DNA of 63,694 nt, the filler included, from Reticulomyxa filosa (lineage: Eukaryota > Protista > Foraminifera), in NCBI GenBank assembly GCA_000512085.1. It is 11 parts of 11 records of this genome, joined end to end, with 100 filler letters (N's around TTAATTAATTAA, not from the genome) between each part and the next. Parts side by side here need not be neighbours in the genome. Positions count along the whole stretch, not along the records: positions 43,347 to 44,501 come from ASPP01047379.1; positions 44,602 to 55,777 come from ASPP01004507.1; 9 more parts are not named here. One strand, given 5' to 3'. How positions within the stretch are numbered: the first letter of the stretch is position 1; each line of letters begins with the position of its first letter. Of this stretch, positions 43,347 through 55,877 are shown piece by piece. The notes beneath the pieces were generated by a model that did not search any database, was not told where the DNA came from, and saw nothing but the letters and a program-made list of their open reading frames with translations. The translations under genes were made by a program, and so were the position numbers.

Positions 43347-44358
43347 GAGACACTTAACTTTTTTTCGTCTTCGGAGCCAACCAATACAGACTGAATATAC
43401 GTTAAAATGCTTGCCATTGGGGTCACCTGTACATTTTTGCAGTGATCAATATATGTTAGTGGCCTTTTCTCCCTCTCGTGTAGTTTTGTGTCCATGTTGC
43501 CCCTTGAAAGGAAAATTATATATGTACATGTATATGTGTATATGTAATAATGCATATATCGATTGACATACACCAATGCCAGCACCAATCAAAACCAAGT
43601 GGCTAAAATCAAACAAAAACGGAAAGACGAAGGAAAAAGGGCCGTATATTTCTACCGCTTGATTCTGTTGAGTTACAGAGCTAGGTAGTTGGGAACACCA
43701 ATCACCAGTCTGTTGGATTCGGAATTCCATTGTTTTGGAGTTTTGACAAGTGGTTATTGAAAATGGGTGCCTTTTTTTTTTAAAAAAAAATATATATGTA
43801 TATATGTATATGTATACATGTATAAATATTTATTAGAAATTATAAACAGAGAAAAAAAAGTCAATTACACAAAGTGTTGGACCTACCATTGGTATCGTGA
43901 AGCTATTAATCGAATCAAACAAGAAAAAAGAATATTATAATTGGACAAAATATGTAACATATTATATATATATATGTATGTATATGTATATACACACATA
44001 TAAATATACAATGCATCAAAGAATGTAAAGACCTTTGTCAATCAGAATCCAAGCAAAGTCTCCAGCAGATTGAGGAACCTGTACAATTTCGTTTTCCTTA
44101 GAATAGCGAACCAATGAAAGCATAGTTTCGCGGGTAGTGTCGTGTCGAAAAGTTTGAATGTGCAAGATTTTCTTTCGGAAAAGAGTGCAATAGATGCGGT
44201 CGAGAAGGAGGATGAAAGTGGGTATGGTAAAGTATCTCCACGCGTTCATGTGGAACAGTATCGCAACAAAAAACACAACATACCCAATTTTATGGGAAAT
44301 GAAAAAGCGATTAAAGTGTTGGGCGCGACTCCACGCGGGGATGCTTAACAATCCAAAC
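43347..44358 (-). CDS. Ferric reductase / NADPH oxidase family, internal fragment (heme TM, FAD- and NADPH-binding)
   Basis: FFISHK...ILFH (two heme His, 14 residues apart), W|HPFSIT (FAD), IQQTGDW, IYGPF, LVLIGAGIG|VTPMASIL (NADPH). Both ends at gaps. Confidence 0.88.
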
Positions 44359-44464
44359 CTAGGAAAAGAGATAGAAAAAGGGGAAGCAAAAAAAAAAAAA
44401 CCTATAACAAATGATAAAAGAAAAGGATATTATCCCACCCCCCCCTCCTCCTTCAAATTTTAAT

Positions 44465-44501
<37 letters not shown>

Positions 44502-44601
44502 NNNNNNNNNNNNNNNNNNNNNNNNNNNNNNNNNNNNNNNNNNNNTTAATTAATTAANNNNNNNNNNNNNNNNNNNNNNNNNNNNNNNNNNNNNNNNNNN
44601 N
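44502..44601. other. Assembly gap spacer
   Basis: N44-TTAATTAATTAA-N44. Confidence 0.98.
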
Positions 44602-44652
44602 CACACACACACACACACACACCATACAAATAAAAAAAAAAATAAAAAAAAG

Positions 44653-45925
44653 GACAATGTTAATGGATATTAATACGTTGAAGTGGTCGGAGGAATTGTG
44701 CGAAGCATTTGGTGTTCCGATAACGATACTGCCGTCAATTTGCCCTTCGGCGCATCCTTACGGGACTGTTTCGCATCCAGAACTCTTCCAATGTCTGAAA
44801 GGTATCCCCATCACTGGGTGCGTTGGAGATCAGCAATCGGCATGCTTGGGACAAATGTTGATGGAAAGTGAACTCAAAAATACATTGGGAACAGGGGCAT
44901 TTTTGGTTCTCAATACTGGATCTCGAATTATTTCGACAAGTGGGACTGGGTTGCTCACAACTGTTTTATACCAATTGCCGGACAAAACTACTTATTACGG
45001 CATTGAAGGAGTTTAATTTTTTCTTTTTATTTATTTAATTTATATGTATACGTAGCATGAGGTGTGAAGACTTTTTTTTTTTTTTTTCTTCCCTCCCCTT
45101 CCCAATTTGTTATTATTGTGTTCAAAGGCAATTGGTGTCGCGGGACAAGTAATCGACTTTCTTCAAAGCAATGGAATAATTAATTCGCCTAAAGAATGTT
45201 CCAAGAACGCTTCAGAAATTGTTCGGAACAATTCATTACTGAAAGATTTGTATTTTGTATCAAGTTTCAACGGTTTGCTGTTTCCTCATTTTGATCCAAC
45301 TGCCCGTGGCATTATTGTCGGATTGACACAAGCAACGAATCGAAATGATTTGTGCTATGCTGCACTGGAAGGTGTTGCCATGCAAACTTCACAAATTGTT
45401 GATGCCATGAAAGCTTCTCTTTCTGGAGATCAAGATATCAAAGACGATGAAAAAAACTCGCCAATTGAAAAAATTAAAGTCGATGGGGGTCTGTCCCAAT
45501 CCAATGAAATGCTTCAAATCATGGCTGACTGTTGTGGAATTGTTTGTGAAAGACCTTATATGATCGAAACTACAAGTTTAGGAGCCGCTGTAGCAGCTGG
45601 GATTGGTTATGGATTGTGGCGCAATTTGAAAGAAGCACAACAATATATTCAGTCAAGAACCGATAACTCCAAACAATCAGATCTGTTTAAACCACAGATG
45701 TCATCCGAAACAAGAAATGAGCGTCAATTAAAGTGGCAAGAAGCTGTCACTAGGGCAGAGAAATGGAGTGATCAACACGATGAAAAGAAAATTACGGGCA
45801 AATCTAGTAATTCCAGTAAAGTAGAAAAAAATCCTGAAACAATTCCCTTCTATGTTGGTCTTGCTTGTGGTATATTTTTGGGTGTTCTCATATCAAAAAT
45901 AAAATTTGGTAAAAAATCAGCTTGA
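44653..45925 (+). CDS. GK: Glycerol kinase (FGGY family), 3' part
   Basis: RTMLMDINTLKWS, PITGCVGDQQSACLGQ, KNTLGTGAF, GLLTTV, KVDGGLSQS, ETTSLGAA. Hydrophobic C-terminal tail. Confidence 0.92.
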
Positions 45926-48340
45926 TATAATTTTTTGAACTTTGAAAACTTAGAATAATGTAAATTTGTATGTTATTTATGATTGAACCAGCCAAAAGAA
46001 GAAAAAATCTAATAATCATTAAACATTGGATTCTAGTATTACATATTAAATTCAGACGGATACAGTAATTTGAAAAAATTGTTGTAGATTATATTATGTT
46101 TTGATGAATTACTCAAATGTTAATCTTGTCATTGTCATCATTACTAAACGAATGGTGTTTTTGAGCAATCCAAATGTGCATTGAACAAAATATCACTAAT
46201 ACGAACTTTTGGAAAAGGCAAGTAAACACTAAGTTTTGCATTCAACACCTTCCATCGAATGCACAGCAGTCACTCTTGCAAGGCCTTTTTCCGTTTACAA
46301 ATTCATTTGGTGAAGAGATTTGAATTCTGACAAAGATGTTGAGTCAGTGTTGATGATTTTGTTTCATTTTGTTTTGAATTTGAAGGAAATTAATTGTTAA
46401 GTCAATAAATCTAATTGGCACTTTTTCAAAGCAAACATTTTCACAGTAATGATTCCCTGACTAAAAAAACATTACAATAAATTTGATTTAAAAACCAAAC
46501 AATGACAATCTGATGTGACTGATGGAAAAATGCTAAATTCTTCCCGTAAGTAGCACAGTGAAGAAGTCTGTAATCAAGAATTTCAACCTATTCAAAAATT
46601 TTTGGATATACGTATAATAAAACGTTTTCGTTTGCACGTGTCCAAAAAAAACTTGAAATCAAACTTCTCTATCATTATGTCTTTGATTCTTCGATAATGC
46701 GAATCAACCTTTCAAATTGATGGAAATATACTCAACTCGACAACAAATCTTCGCCAACATTTGTGCAAATTCGCTATTGGGAACAACGACTTGGTTTCAA
46801 ACATTCACTTTTCGTTGATTTGAGTTAAATATCGACCATAAACAACATGCGATCTCCACATTCATTCCATTAGTATCTTTTTTTTAGGGTTGCAGCTTGT
46901 TGCTCAAGCAACTGTTGGCTCCTCAAAATGCCACATACGTATCAACGCGATCACTTGTTTGAAGCTTCACAATTTACTCTTCGGCTCTTCTGCGTCGTCT
47001 TACCTTCCGTGGCGTCAATAGGTAAATCACTCCCAACGTGTTTTTGTAATAACAAACTTCGCTTCCACAAGTCAATCTTACTTGTTATAAATTTTTCGCT
47101 TTCGCTGGAAGGCACAATCAGCGGTTCGTTGGGCCTGACACTGATGCCATCGCAAGGACACACTTAAGCAGCAATGTTTTGCTATTTCTTTTTTTTTTAC
47201 TTGCTTGTCCATCACCATTTGCATTTTATTCGATAAGGAGCTTCAACTGCGTGTGAGTAGTTTGTACGTACTACCAAAACTCTTGCAATTCCATCTTCAG
47301 TTTTTCGTGTATTGTGTACTGTCTTTCTTTTCTTCAATACACAAAATCGTCCAAAGTTCACAAGCCGGATACTTGCGAAAATATAACTTTAAAAGATTCC
47401 TTCGTAGTCGCGACCATGAACTACCAATTGATTCATATCCTTTGTTCTATTAGAGAAAATCTCAAAATTTCCTCACTTCACCATTTTGACCATTACTTGA
47501 AGGGGGCTTCCCCTAGATCAAACAAAATAAGGTGAACGAAAACTTCGATTTTTGCTATAATAAGTTCAAAAAATGTTCATTTGTTCAATTAAAAAAACTA
47601 TAAAATTGGTCTATTTTACTTTCAATTGCATTTATTGACTGTTTTGTGTTGTTTTATCTATTTTTTTTCCCAACAATGTTTCCAAAGGGATTTTTAAAAA
47701 AAAAAACCAGCTAATTAAAGTAGCTTAATGTTATTGTAAAAAAAAATGAAATTTTGTAATCTCTTGATTAATTTAACAACAAATCAAAAATATAAACCTA
47801 TCGGTCGATGTTTATTTATTTATACAGTGCCGTTATTTCTCAACAAGGAAAAGTTGAAAATTAAAAGTATAACATTACATGTGGAAACGATGGAATCCAC
47901 GTTTGTTAATCTCTTTAGAATTTTGAAAAGTGTAAGACACCAACAAAACCTGGAATCAATTTTGCAATTGTTTCCTTTTGTTGATTATTAGTGCAATATG
48001 AATGGGGAAAAAAAAGGTAGAATCGAAGATTTGATAAATTTCAAAAAAAGAAAATAATTTTACTTTATAAATTTTAATTGACAATAATGCGAAGAATTGT
48101 CTCTGGATACAATAGTAACTCTAATAAACGTAGGATTTTTCTTAATGACTTATTCGTCAAACAAAATTAATTCTTAGAATAATGTGAAATTTTTTGAATT
48201 AAACCATTTAAAAAGATAGCAAGAGAATTAAGCGCAATTAAAGACAACACTACGATACCCAGATTTTAAAATTCTGCCCACATGAACGAAACACAAAGTC
48301 GAACAAGGGAAAAAAAAAGCAATTCAATGTGCACTTTATA

Positions 48341-50377
48341 TTATTTAACCCGAGCCTCTACTTTTTCATACATCAACAAATAAGCCTGCTGTTGTTTAAG
48401 CGTTTTATTGTCAACAGGTGTGACTTTGTCATCATCAAAGCATACCCATGTCGGTTTTCGACTTGTCTTGCTCGAGTGACTATTACCAGTCGATATAACA
48501 GGTACATGTGATCTTAGGCACCAGCATTCATAGTGTCCATAGCTCACCTCGCTTCCCTTGTGGATGACCACAGCTCGAAGCTATTGTAAAAAATACAAAG
48601 GCAAATCTAAATTACAATATACAGTGAGAGTGATTTTGTATGTACTAAAATAAACTTCGTATTGGTTATTCTGTCTTGTGTCACTAGCACCATTGTTGAT
48701 AGCATGATCAAGCAATAATCCTGGTGAAATATTTAACTTAGTGTCAAAATTTATATGTTTTTCCACTTTTGATAACATCCCATCTTCATAGAAAAATCGT
48801 TTCAAATGAAGAAGCAAATAATGTGGTAGCTCTGCAATTTTGCATTGTCTGTCAGCACAATACTTGAATTGCCCGCGTCTTTTTTTTTTTTTTTTGATTA
48901 AATTTTTGTGTGAACCCCCTCTTTGCAGGTTGTGTGATGGATGTACAAACGAAACTTTATTCCTGTTACCATATGTCTCTTGAGCGTATTTTCCAAAGCA
49001 CCATTGACGTGGACAATTTGTGTTTCGGAGATGTCCAAGGACAATGAAAAAAAGGGTTGGTACGACACCGAGCCTACTTTTGAAGAATCGACCAACAAGA
49101 GTGAATACAAACGTCCTCCGAACCAATCGCGCATTAATGACTGTTCCATTTTGACATCGTTTTGTGTCCTGGCTTTTTGGTGAGCATTTGCCTTTACTCT
49201 TTTCCATCCTCTCTCATCCTTGTCTGTAGTCGCACTTGTACTTTGTTCTGTTCCATTGTTCGTTTCAATGTCAAGCATCCATTCGCTGTGCAATTTTTCC
49301 ATGATCCAATGCAAGAATTCTTGAGCATCTTGCTGTCCGTCGCCAACAATGTCGTGGAACAGACGAAGTACATCCAACAAAGGATACGTATGAGAGACAG
49401 TTCCTCCAAAGTTTATCGTTTCAGAGTTTTTGATTATGAACCGGTCAAATATGCTTTTCATTCCATATGTGACTGGTCCGATTTTTTGTGCGAGAGAGAG
49501 ATCCATCCAACCGAAACAGTTGACCATTTTTGGCAATGATAACAGCGCTTGGATCACTGCGTTTAAATAACAATCAACAGATCGATTATTTATCCCACGG
49601 ACATTTACAAACGCATTTGGGTATTGTTTTGGCTGATCCTTTTTTTTTTTTTTTTTAAGTGAGAAAAGGAGAACATTTTAAATGCCATTGGGGGGGGGGG
49701 AAACAGAAAAAAAAGTATACGTACATAATATGGCCAATGCTTCTTTTCTTTCTTTTAATCTTTTCAATTCTTCAGGAGATGGCTCCTCTTGTTTCGTCTC
49801 TTTTTCTTCGTCTGGCTTTTGTTTGGGAGCTTGGGGTTTCTTCTTTTTTTTCTTTTTTGCCTTACCATTGCTTTTGTCATGCTTCAGCTGACTGGTTTGT
49901 GTCGATGAAACAGCATTCACATCGGAGGTCACGGGAACTGTGTTTGGTGGTGACAGAGGAGGTAGCAATTCTTCTGTCTTTGCTTTCGATTTTTGAACGA
50001 TTTGTGCAAATGATTGTTTTGTATTCCACGGTGAAACATTGTTGTTAGATGGTATCATTTCGTTGCCATTTGTTTGTTCGGTTGTCTGTACATTTTATTT
50101 TTTTGGCTGAACGTTATTTGTTTTCAAAAAAAACTTTCCTTTTTTTTTTTGTCACCGTTGGCTGGTTGATGGCTTTGCTTACGGTACTCGTGCCAAGAAG
50201 TGGCGGATATTTCGTGTTGGGCCATAATTGCGAAGATGCTTTGTCGTCCACAGGGACAGCAGTTGACGGAGCTGGATATTTTTTAGGAACGCTAGTGGAA
50301 TCTTTATTTTGCTTCTTTGCTATCGCACTCCAAAGTTTAGTTTTATTTGGACTATTATTAGTGGAAATATTATCCAT
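48341..50377 (-). CDS. USP10: Ubiquitin-specific protease, USP10/Ubp3-like
   Basis: Cys box RGINNRSVDCYLNAVIQAL, GQQDAQEFL, QPFFSLSLDI, LPHYLLLHLKRF, His box VVIHKG...GHY, WVCFDDDKV, AYLLMY. Low-complexity N-terminus with LWSAIA/SFAQIV motifs and the W-x-V motif in the insertion, as in USP10/Ubp3. Family certain; orthology likely. The junction near 49640-49725 is not in phase as assembled. Confidence 0.82.
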
Positions 50378-50764
50378 TCTTATACCTTTTTTTAACTCTT
50401 TAGTTTAAGCTCGATTTCCCTTTCCGCGAAACTGTTTATCAGTATTACGTCTGCTTCATTTGCTCCAATTTCATGAAAGAGTACCAAAAAAAATGAAATT
50501 TCCAAAAATGTGATAAGGTGTCACTTTTAACTTTGCAAAGTTATTTTTTTTGGTATGATATATAGTTTAATGAAACAAATCTTTCATTTAATAAATTTCT
50601 TAGAAACTAAATTAAAGAAAAAGATCAAGGTTCAGAGGAGGGCAGAGGGGGCAAGAGGGGAGGAAAAAATTAATTCCTGTTACTTTCGTTTGACAACTCT
50701 CACGGAGCTCTTATTTGACGGCATATTTCCTCCTTACTTGTATTCAGTGACATTATTATCGAAG
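50378..50764. promoter_or_regulatory. Short divergent intergenic region (putative bidirectional promoter) between USP10 and the RIOK3-N-like gene
   Basis: Opposed ATGs at 50377 (-) and 50765 (+) on the same contig. No promoter motif identified; position only. Confidence 0.4.
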
Positions 50765-51550
50765 ATGGAAAAGCCCCAAATCTCAAATGATACCGTTAAA
50801 ACAACACCGTCCAAAAAACCACCTAAGATAGATGACATTATAAGCGAACAAATGGCGGAGGAATTACAAAAAAATTTTTTAGCAGAACAATGTGAGCATA
50901 ACTTGGAGGACATTCCAGCGGAAATGTTATTGGAATCGTATATGATGTCACAAACAAAAGAAAATGGACACAATACATCACTGAATGGTGAGAATCAACA
51001 AGCAATAGCCGAAGAAAAAGATGAGAATGACCCACAAGCGATGGCACTTCCAGATGAAGATTACTTGTTGGCAATGCAGCTGCAACTTGAAGAGCAAGAT
51101 AACGAAGAAGAGCAACAGATGTTAAAAAAAAAAGATCTGGCAACAACAATACCTGCAACAACAAATAAAAAATCTCGACACTCAAATCGCAGAAAGGGAA
51201 ATAAAGATAAAATACGTATACTCCCCAATTATTATTACGAAGATAGTAAGGCAACAGGTGAGACTGAAGGTACTACTTATAATGACACATCGAATTCAAA
51301 TTATGAAAAAGTACGACAAGTTTCGTCTGGTAATAAAATGGCAATTTCGGGCACAATACATAAACACGACTTTAATGAATGGTCAACGAGACATGTCAAT
51401 CGCTTGCATAATTATGATGCCAATTTGGGTAGTGATTCTTCCTTTAAAGATGTTAGAATTGGTAACAAAGCGTATAATTCGTTTCGAAGAGAACTGGAAA
51501 AAAAAGGATTCAAAAAGTTTGATCAGCCAACACCTGCTGACAAAAAATAA
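50765..51550 (+). CDS. Kinase-less protein similar to the RIOK3 N-terminal region, intronless, 261 aa
   Basis: Five colinear blocks resembling RIOK3: IDDIISEQMAEELQ; EDYLLAMQLQLEE; GNKDKIRI; IHKHDFNEWSTRHVNRL; DVRIGNKAYNSFR. Stop codon where the RIO kinase domain would begin. Confidence 0.75.
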   Translation: MEKPQISNDTVKTTPSKKPPKIDDIISEQMAEELQKNFLAEQCEHNLEDIPAEMLLESYMMSQTKENGHNTSLNGENQQAIAEEKDENDPQAMALPDEDYLLAMQLQLEEQDNEEEQQMLKKKDLATTIPATTNKKSRHSNRRKGNKDKIRILPNYYYEDSKATGETEGTTYNDTSNSNYEKVRQVSSGNKMAISGTIHKHDFNEWSTRHVNRLHNYDANLGSDSSFKDVRIGNKAYNSFRRELEKKGFKKFDQPTPADKK

Positions 51551-52230
51551 GACTTTGTGTTTGTTGTATTTTTTATCGACTGCTTCGTTTGTTACTTTAG
51601 GAAATTCACCAGAAATTTTGGTGATTTTTCCTAGGAAATTTCTTTCGTTTCTTTTTTAGTTGCCAATTCAAAAAGTTAATAGGACCGAATTTTTTCTTTT
51701 TCTTGCACTTGAAAAAAAGTACAAGTAAAATGCTAATAATATCAGCTAAAAATAAGAAAAATATACAAAACTTTTCATCATGTATTCGGGTAGTTGTGTT
51801 TATTTGAGGTATATTTGACATGGTGTTCTGTGCAAAGAAATTGCCTATCACTGGGTCCTAATGGTTTCCTTAGCTCATTGTTTCTTCATATAATCCATGT
51901 TTGTAAGATCACCCAGTTTTTTATTACTTGCACCACATTATTGCATTGATAAAAAATGTAAGAAGTTTTTGTTTACTTTTTACTGTTGCCAAGCAATAAA
52001 CAAGATTTAATATGCAATGAATTTGAAATTTCACTGCACACGTTGGAAAATATTTGAACTGCCAAAGCAATTCAGAGTTAAATTCAATGTTACTTATTTG
52101 TTTCATGTTAAATATTTGCCAAAAAAATTTATTGTTATCAATGCAAAAAAAATAATTTTACAAAGTAGATCACAGAAGATCAACAAAACATATACTTTTC
52201 TTTTTTAAAAAAGAATGAACCTAAAAAATC

Positions 52231-55083
52231 TCAATTGACTTTGTGTTTTCTCTCAATATTTTTTCCATCGTCACTGGCCTTGCTCTCTTCACTGTTGTTT
52301 GTATCTGAATGCGTGTTGTCCCCACCACAGCGCTTACGTTGTCGCAGACACGCGGCACACTCACAATTGTTTGTACATGCCGGACACTTCCAACTTTGTA
52401 AACCCATCACAATACACAACACAATTTTTGGTGATAATTTATGTGTTATTTCATCTCTCCTTCTTTTCCTTCCTTAACTCAGTCATATTTTCGTTTGCTT
52501 GTTTTTTAAGGAACAGCTCTTGAACAAGTTCTAATGGTGCATATTTGCTCATGCATTGAGAACAAAATTTCTTTCGACAATGCTTCAAGACATAATTGCC
52601 AGGTTTCTTTCCGGGTCCCCATTTTACATTTTTACAAAACAACAAGCCATCGGGCTCTTTGTTATTTTTGCATTGATGGCAACTTGTCTTTGCTCGTTTG
52701 TGTCCGTACACAGCCCTTTTTTTGAATTTACTTGTTTGCGCTTGCTCACTACAAGGTTGTTCCGAATGACTGGACATTTGCTGTGGATTGGCCATCGCGG
52801 ATCCACAACAACGACACACACCAAAAGTTAATTATAAAAAATAGAGAGACTACAAGTCGTAACGTATACACAACGAAACCTGGCAAATATCCAATTTACG
52901 ATTTTGAATAAGATAAGTCGGAACTTGCGAGGTCATCACGCTCATCGAGGCCCGCGAGTGGGTTTTCGTGCTTTCTTGTCGATGCATTGCAACTTGTTCC
53001 GACTCTGCTGGAAAGTGTGTTGCAATAAAAGCCTGTAATGGCCGATCTTTTATAGCATCTACAATAACCTGTTACACCATTTTTTGTTATTGTTGATTTA
53101 AAACATGCAAACAAGAAAGAAAGAAAAAAGGAGAAGGACAGAAAAAAAATAGAGGCTACAAACACACAAATGAGCACAGAATACGGATAAAAAAATGTGC
53201 ACATAACGTCATAACGCCCACAGATAATGCAATCCAGACAGTTTTGTTCTTTCAACTTGTTAATACAATATCCACAGAACCGATGAAAGCAGCAGAGAAC
53301 ATACATATCCTGGTCCAATTGATGACACATAAAACATCTGATAACAAATATGTATATATGTATATATGCATATATGTTATGATTACTCCAACAACGCATA
53401 AAAATCTTATTATATCGTATTCCCTCTATTTTAAAAAAAAGAGGATGGAGAAAAAAAAAAAAAATAGCGACGTTTTTTCCCCCCTTTTAAAAAAATATTT
53501 GTTATAAATTGTCTTCATTGTATATTCCCTTCACTCATTGCCACTTAACACAAATGCTTTCTGTTGAGGAGCACAACTGTTTTGACTGCACAGTAACGAA
53601 GTCGCTATGACTTCTGTATAATCCACACATATATTGTATCATATCGTTATTATTATCATTGTTATTGGTGATCTCTACACCATACATATATATATATATA
53701 TATGTATATGTATATATACGCACACAGATACCAGTTCTTGTGCAAAGCTTTGTTAAAGTTTTAGATTGGAACATTTCCAAATTGCACAGTTTGCGAAAGT
53801 GGCGATCAAATTCCATTGCTTGTTGCAAACTGTCAGTCATTTTCTTCATTTCGGAAATCAAGGTAGTAAGGGTTTTGAACACTTGAATGACCAAGTCTCG
53901 CAGCAAATGTGCATCGCGTAGCAGCTCGCAAAACGCGTAAAATTTGGCCGTATGCTGCATACCAGTGATTGCCCGGGAGCTCACTATTGATATCGATAGG
54001 AATCGACATTTGAGCAACCTCAAAATGAGGGTATATTTCTCGCAGTGTCTTTTGAAATAGACCTGACATTTTGATTGGTGAAGAAGGCGAGGAAAGAGGA
54101 GGACTCGACTTGCATCCTTCGTCCTTTTTGCAAGGCACAGCATCACTACATCCAGAAGCGTGGTACTCAATAAACGTCTGAAAATCAAACACTTTAAACC
54201 TCTGAGCACAGAGGTTTTCTCGTTCTTTGTACATTTTGTCCAGCTTACCCATTTCTTCTCGCAACACACTCCAAATAAAATCTTTGCACTTTTTTGTTCC
54301 CACCACAGACACACATTTACATCAGTACATATATATATATATATATGTATGTGTATACTCATTGTCACGGACAACAATAATGTTGTCCATTTTCATTCAC
54401 TTCACAACTTCCAACACATCTTTGAAAATGTGTGGTTTTTTTTTGTTACTGTTGTTGCTGTTGCTATTGGTGTTGTTCTTGACACACTATTTTGCTTGCC
54501 AAGAAAAAACAATGTGTTGGGATACAACATGATTTAATAGCAACGGACACAAACTATGTTTGCTCTGCAATACTCTCTCTCTCTTTTCACTTGATTTACA
54601 CAAAAATTTAAATAAAAAATTTACTTTATTTCATACTTCTTGCTCATCGTTGTGCTTTTAATTGTTTTCTTTTTTTTTTTTTTTTGGAGGCAGCGAAATT
54701 TGCATGTTAGCAATTTAGAAATGTTTTTAACGATTTGAGGACAAAGCAAAAAAACAAACAGCAAAAAACATCATTGTATTTGCAATTAACTTTTTTGATA
54801 TCACATTGGCTTATGCTGAGCTGCATCGAAGTAAGCTGTTGTACGACTTGATAGCACTTTTGAATGTCTAATACTTGTAAACCGTTGCTAAGTTTGTTGT
54901 TTTTGCGTAGTCATTACAAGGAAAGGAGAGTGGAAGAGAAAAATATGTATAAGTTTGGAGGTAAATTCTCAACGTTTGCATTTTAGGGTGCTTGGCTTCC
55001 ATGAATAAACTTTGGCCAGCAAAAATCAAAGCTTTACTAAGTTTTCTCTTGCCAAACTTTTTGCCCTTCCTTGTCACTTTCAT
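52231..55083 (-). CDS. RING finger + zf-4CXXC_R1 (CDCA7/JMJ-type zinc finger) protein, multi-exon; 5' structure uncertain
   Basis: RING CFMC...LCCFHRFCGYC...CIIC (~53220-53340). zf-4CXXC_R1 SCHQCK...LFC...CRKKFCSQC...WKCPACTNNCECAAC (~52340-52690). 5' exons (MKVTRK at 55083; NGLQVLDIQKCYQ) splice in phase, but 53950-54560 cannot be read without frameshifts or stops. Confidence 0.65.
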
Positions 55084-55452
55084 TCAAAAAATTTCATATT
55101 TCCATAACAAAAGCACACAACTTTATTAAAATCTTTGCAATTTTTACTTTGGTTGCCTTTTTTGCTGTAGAGACTTTTTGATCAGGAAAAACAGCATACG
55201 AGAATTTTCACCAACAGTTTTAGAGTTAACATTTTCGTATAATACAAAAGTGTTTAAATGGGACAATTTGCTTCATGATCTAATCATATACATGCCAAAC
55301 AAGACAAAGAGAATGTGAGGGCTTTCCAATGGGAGGGGTTTTTTTGTAAAATATTTTGTGATGCAACTATATCACCTAAAGCGGCATTTAGATATTATTG
55401 ATTTTTATTATTTTTGGAGGGTCATTCGTTTCATTAATAACGCAAAAAGTAC

Positions 55453-55706
55453 ATGTTTGAGAAGAAGCGTCGCACGACAATGCCAAGAAGCGATAATCAA
55501 AGTGTGACCCGAAAGGGGCGTGTCTGGAAAAAATTGATAGGGTCAATATTGAATCAAATATGGACTGGAGAAGAAGGTTTGGATGTAATACGAGAACGCC
55601 TTACATCACAACGAGACTACAACATTGGTGAATTTTACGAGCAAATGGACATAACCAGTCGAGGGTTTTTCACATCCGACGACCTATCTTCGTTCTTCAA
55701 AAAGTG
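55453..55706 (+). CDS. EF-hand-like protein, 5' fragment
   Basis: FYEQMDITSRGFFTSDDLSSFF resembles an EF-hand loop. Followed by an intron and the gap. Confidence 0.5.
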
Positions 55707-55777
55707 GGTTTTTATATATATAAAAAAATTGATCAAAAAAAAAAGGTAGGATGCGTGTCCGCTCAAAAAAAAAAAAA

Positions 55778-55877
55778 NNNNNNNNNNNNNNNNNNNNNNN
55801 NNNNNNNNNNNNNNNNNNNNNTTAATTAATTAANNNNNNNNNNNNNNNNNNNNNNNNNNNNNNNNNNNNNNNNNNNN
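55778..55877. other. Assembly gap spacer
   Basis: N44-TTAATTAATTAA-N44. Confidence 0.98.

Noticed and set aside
46600-47520. Coding-like minus-strand sequence with many stops
   Set aside because: Possibly a pseudogene, but no recognisable motif.
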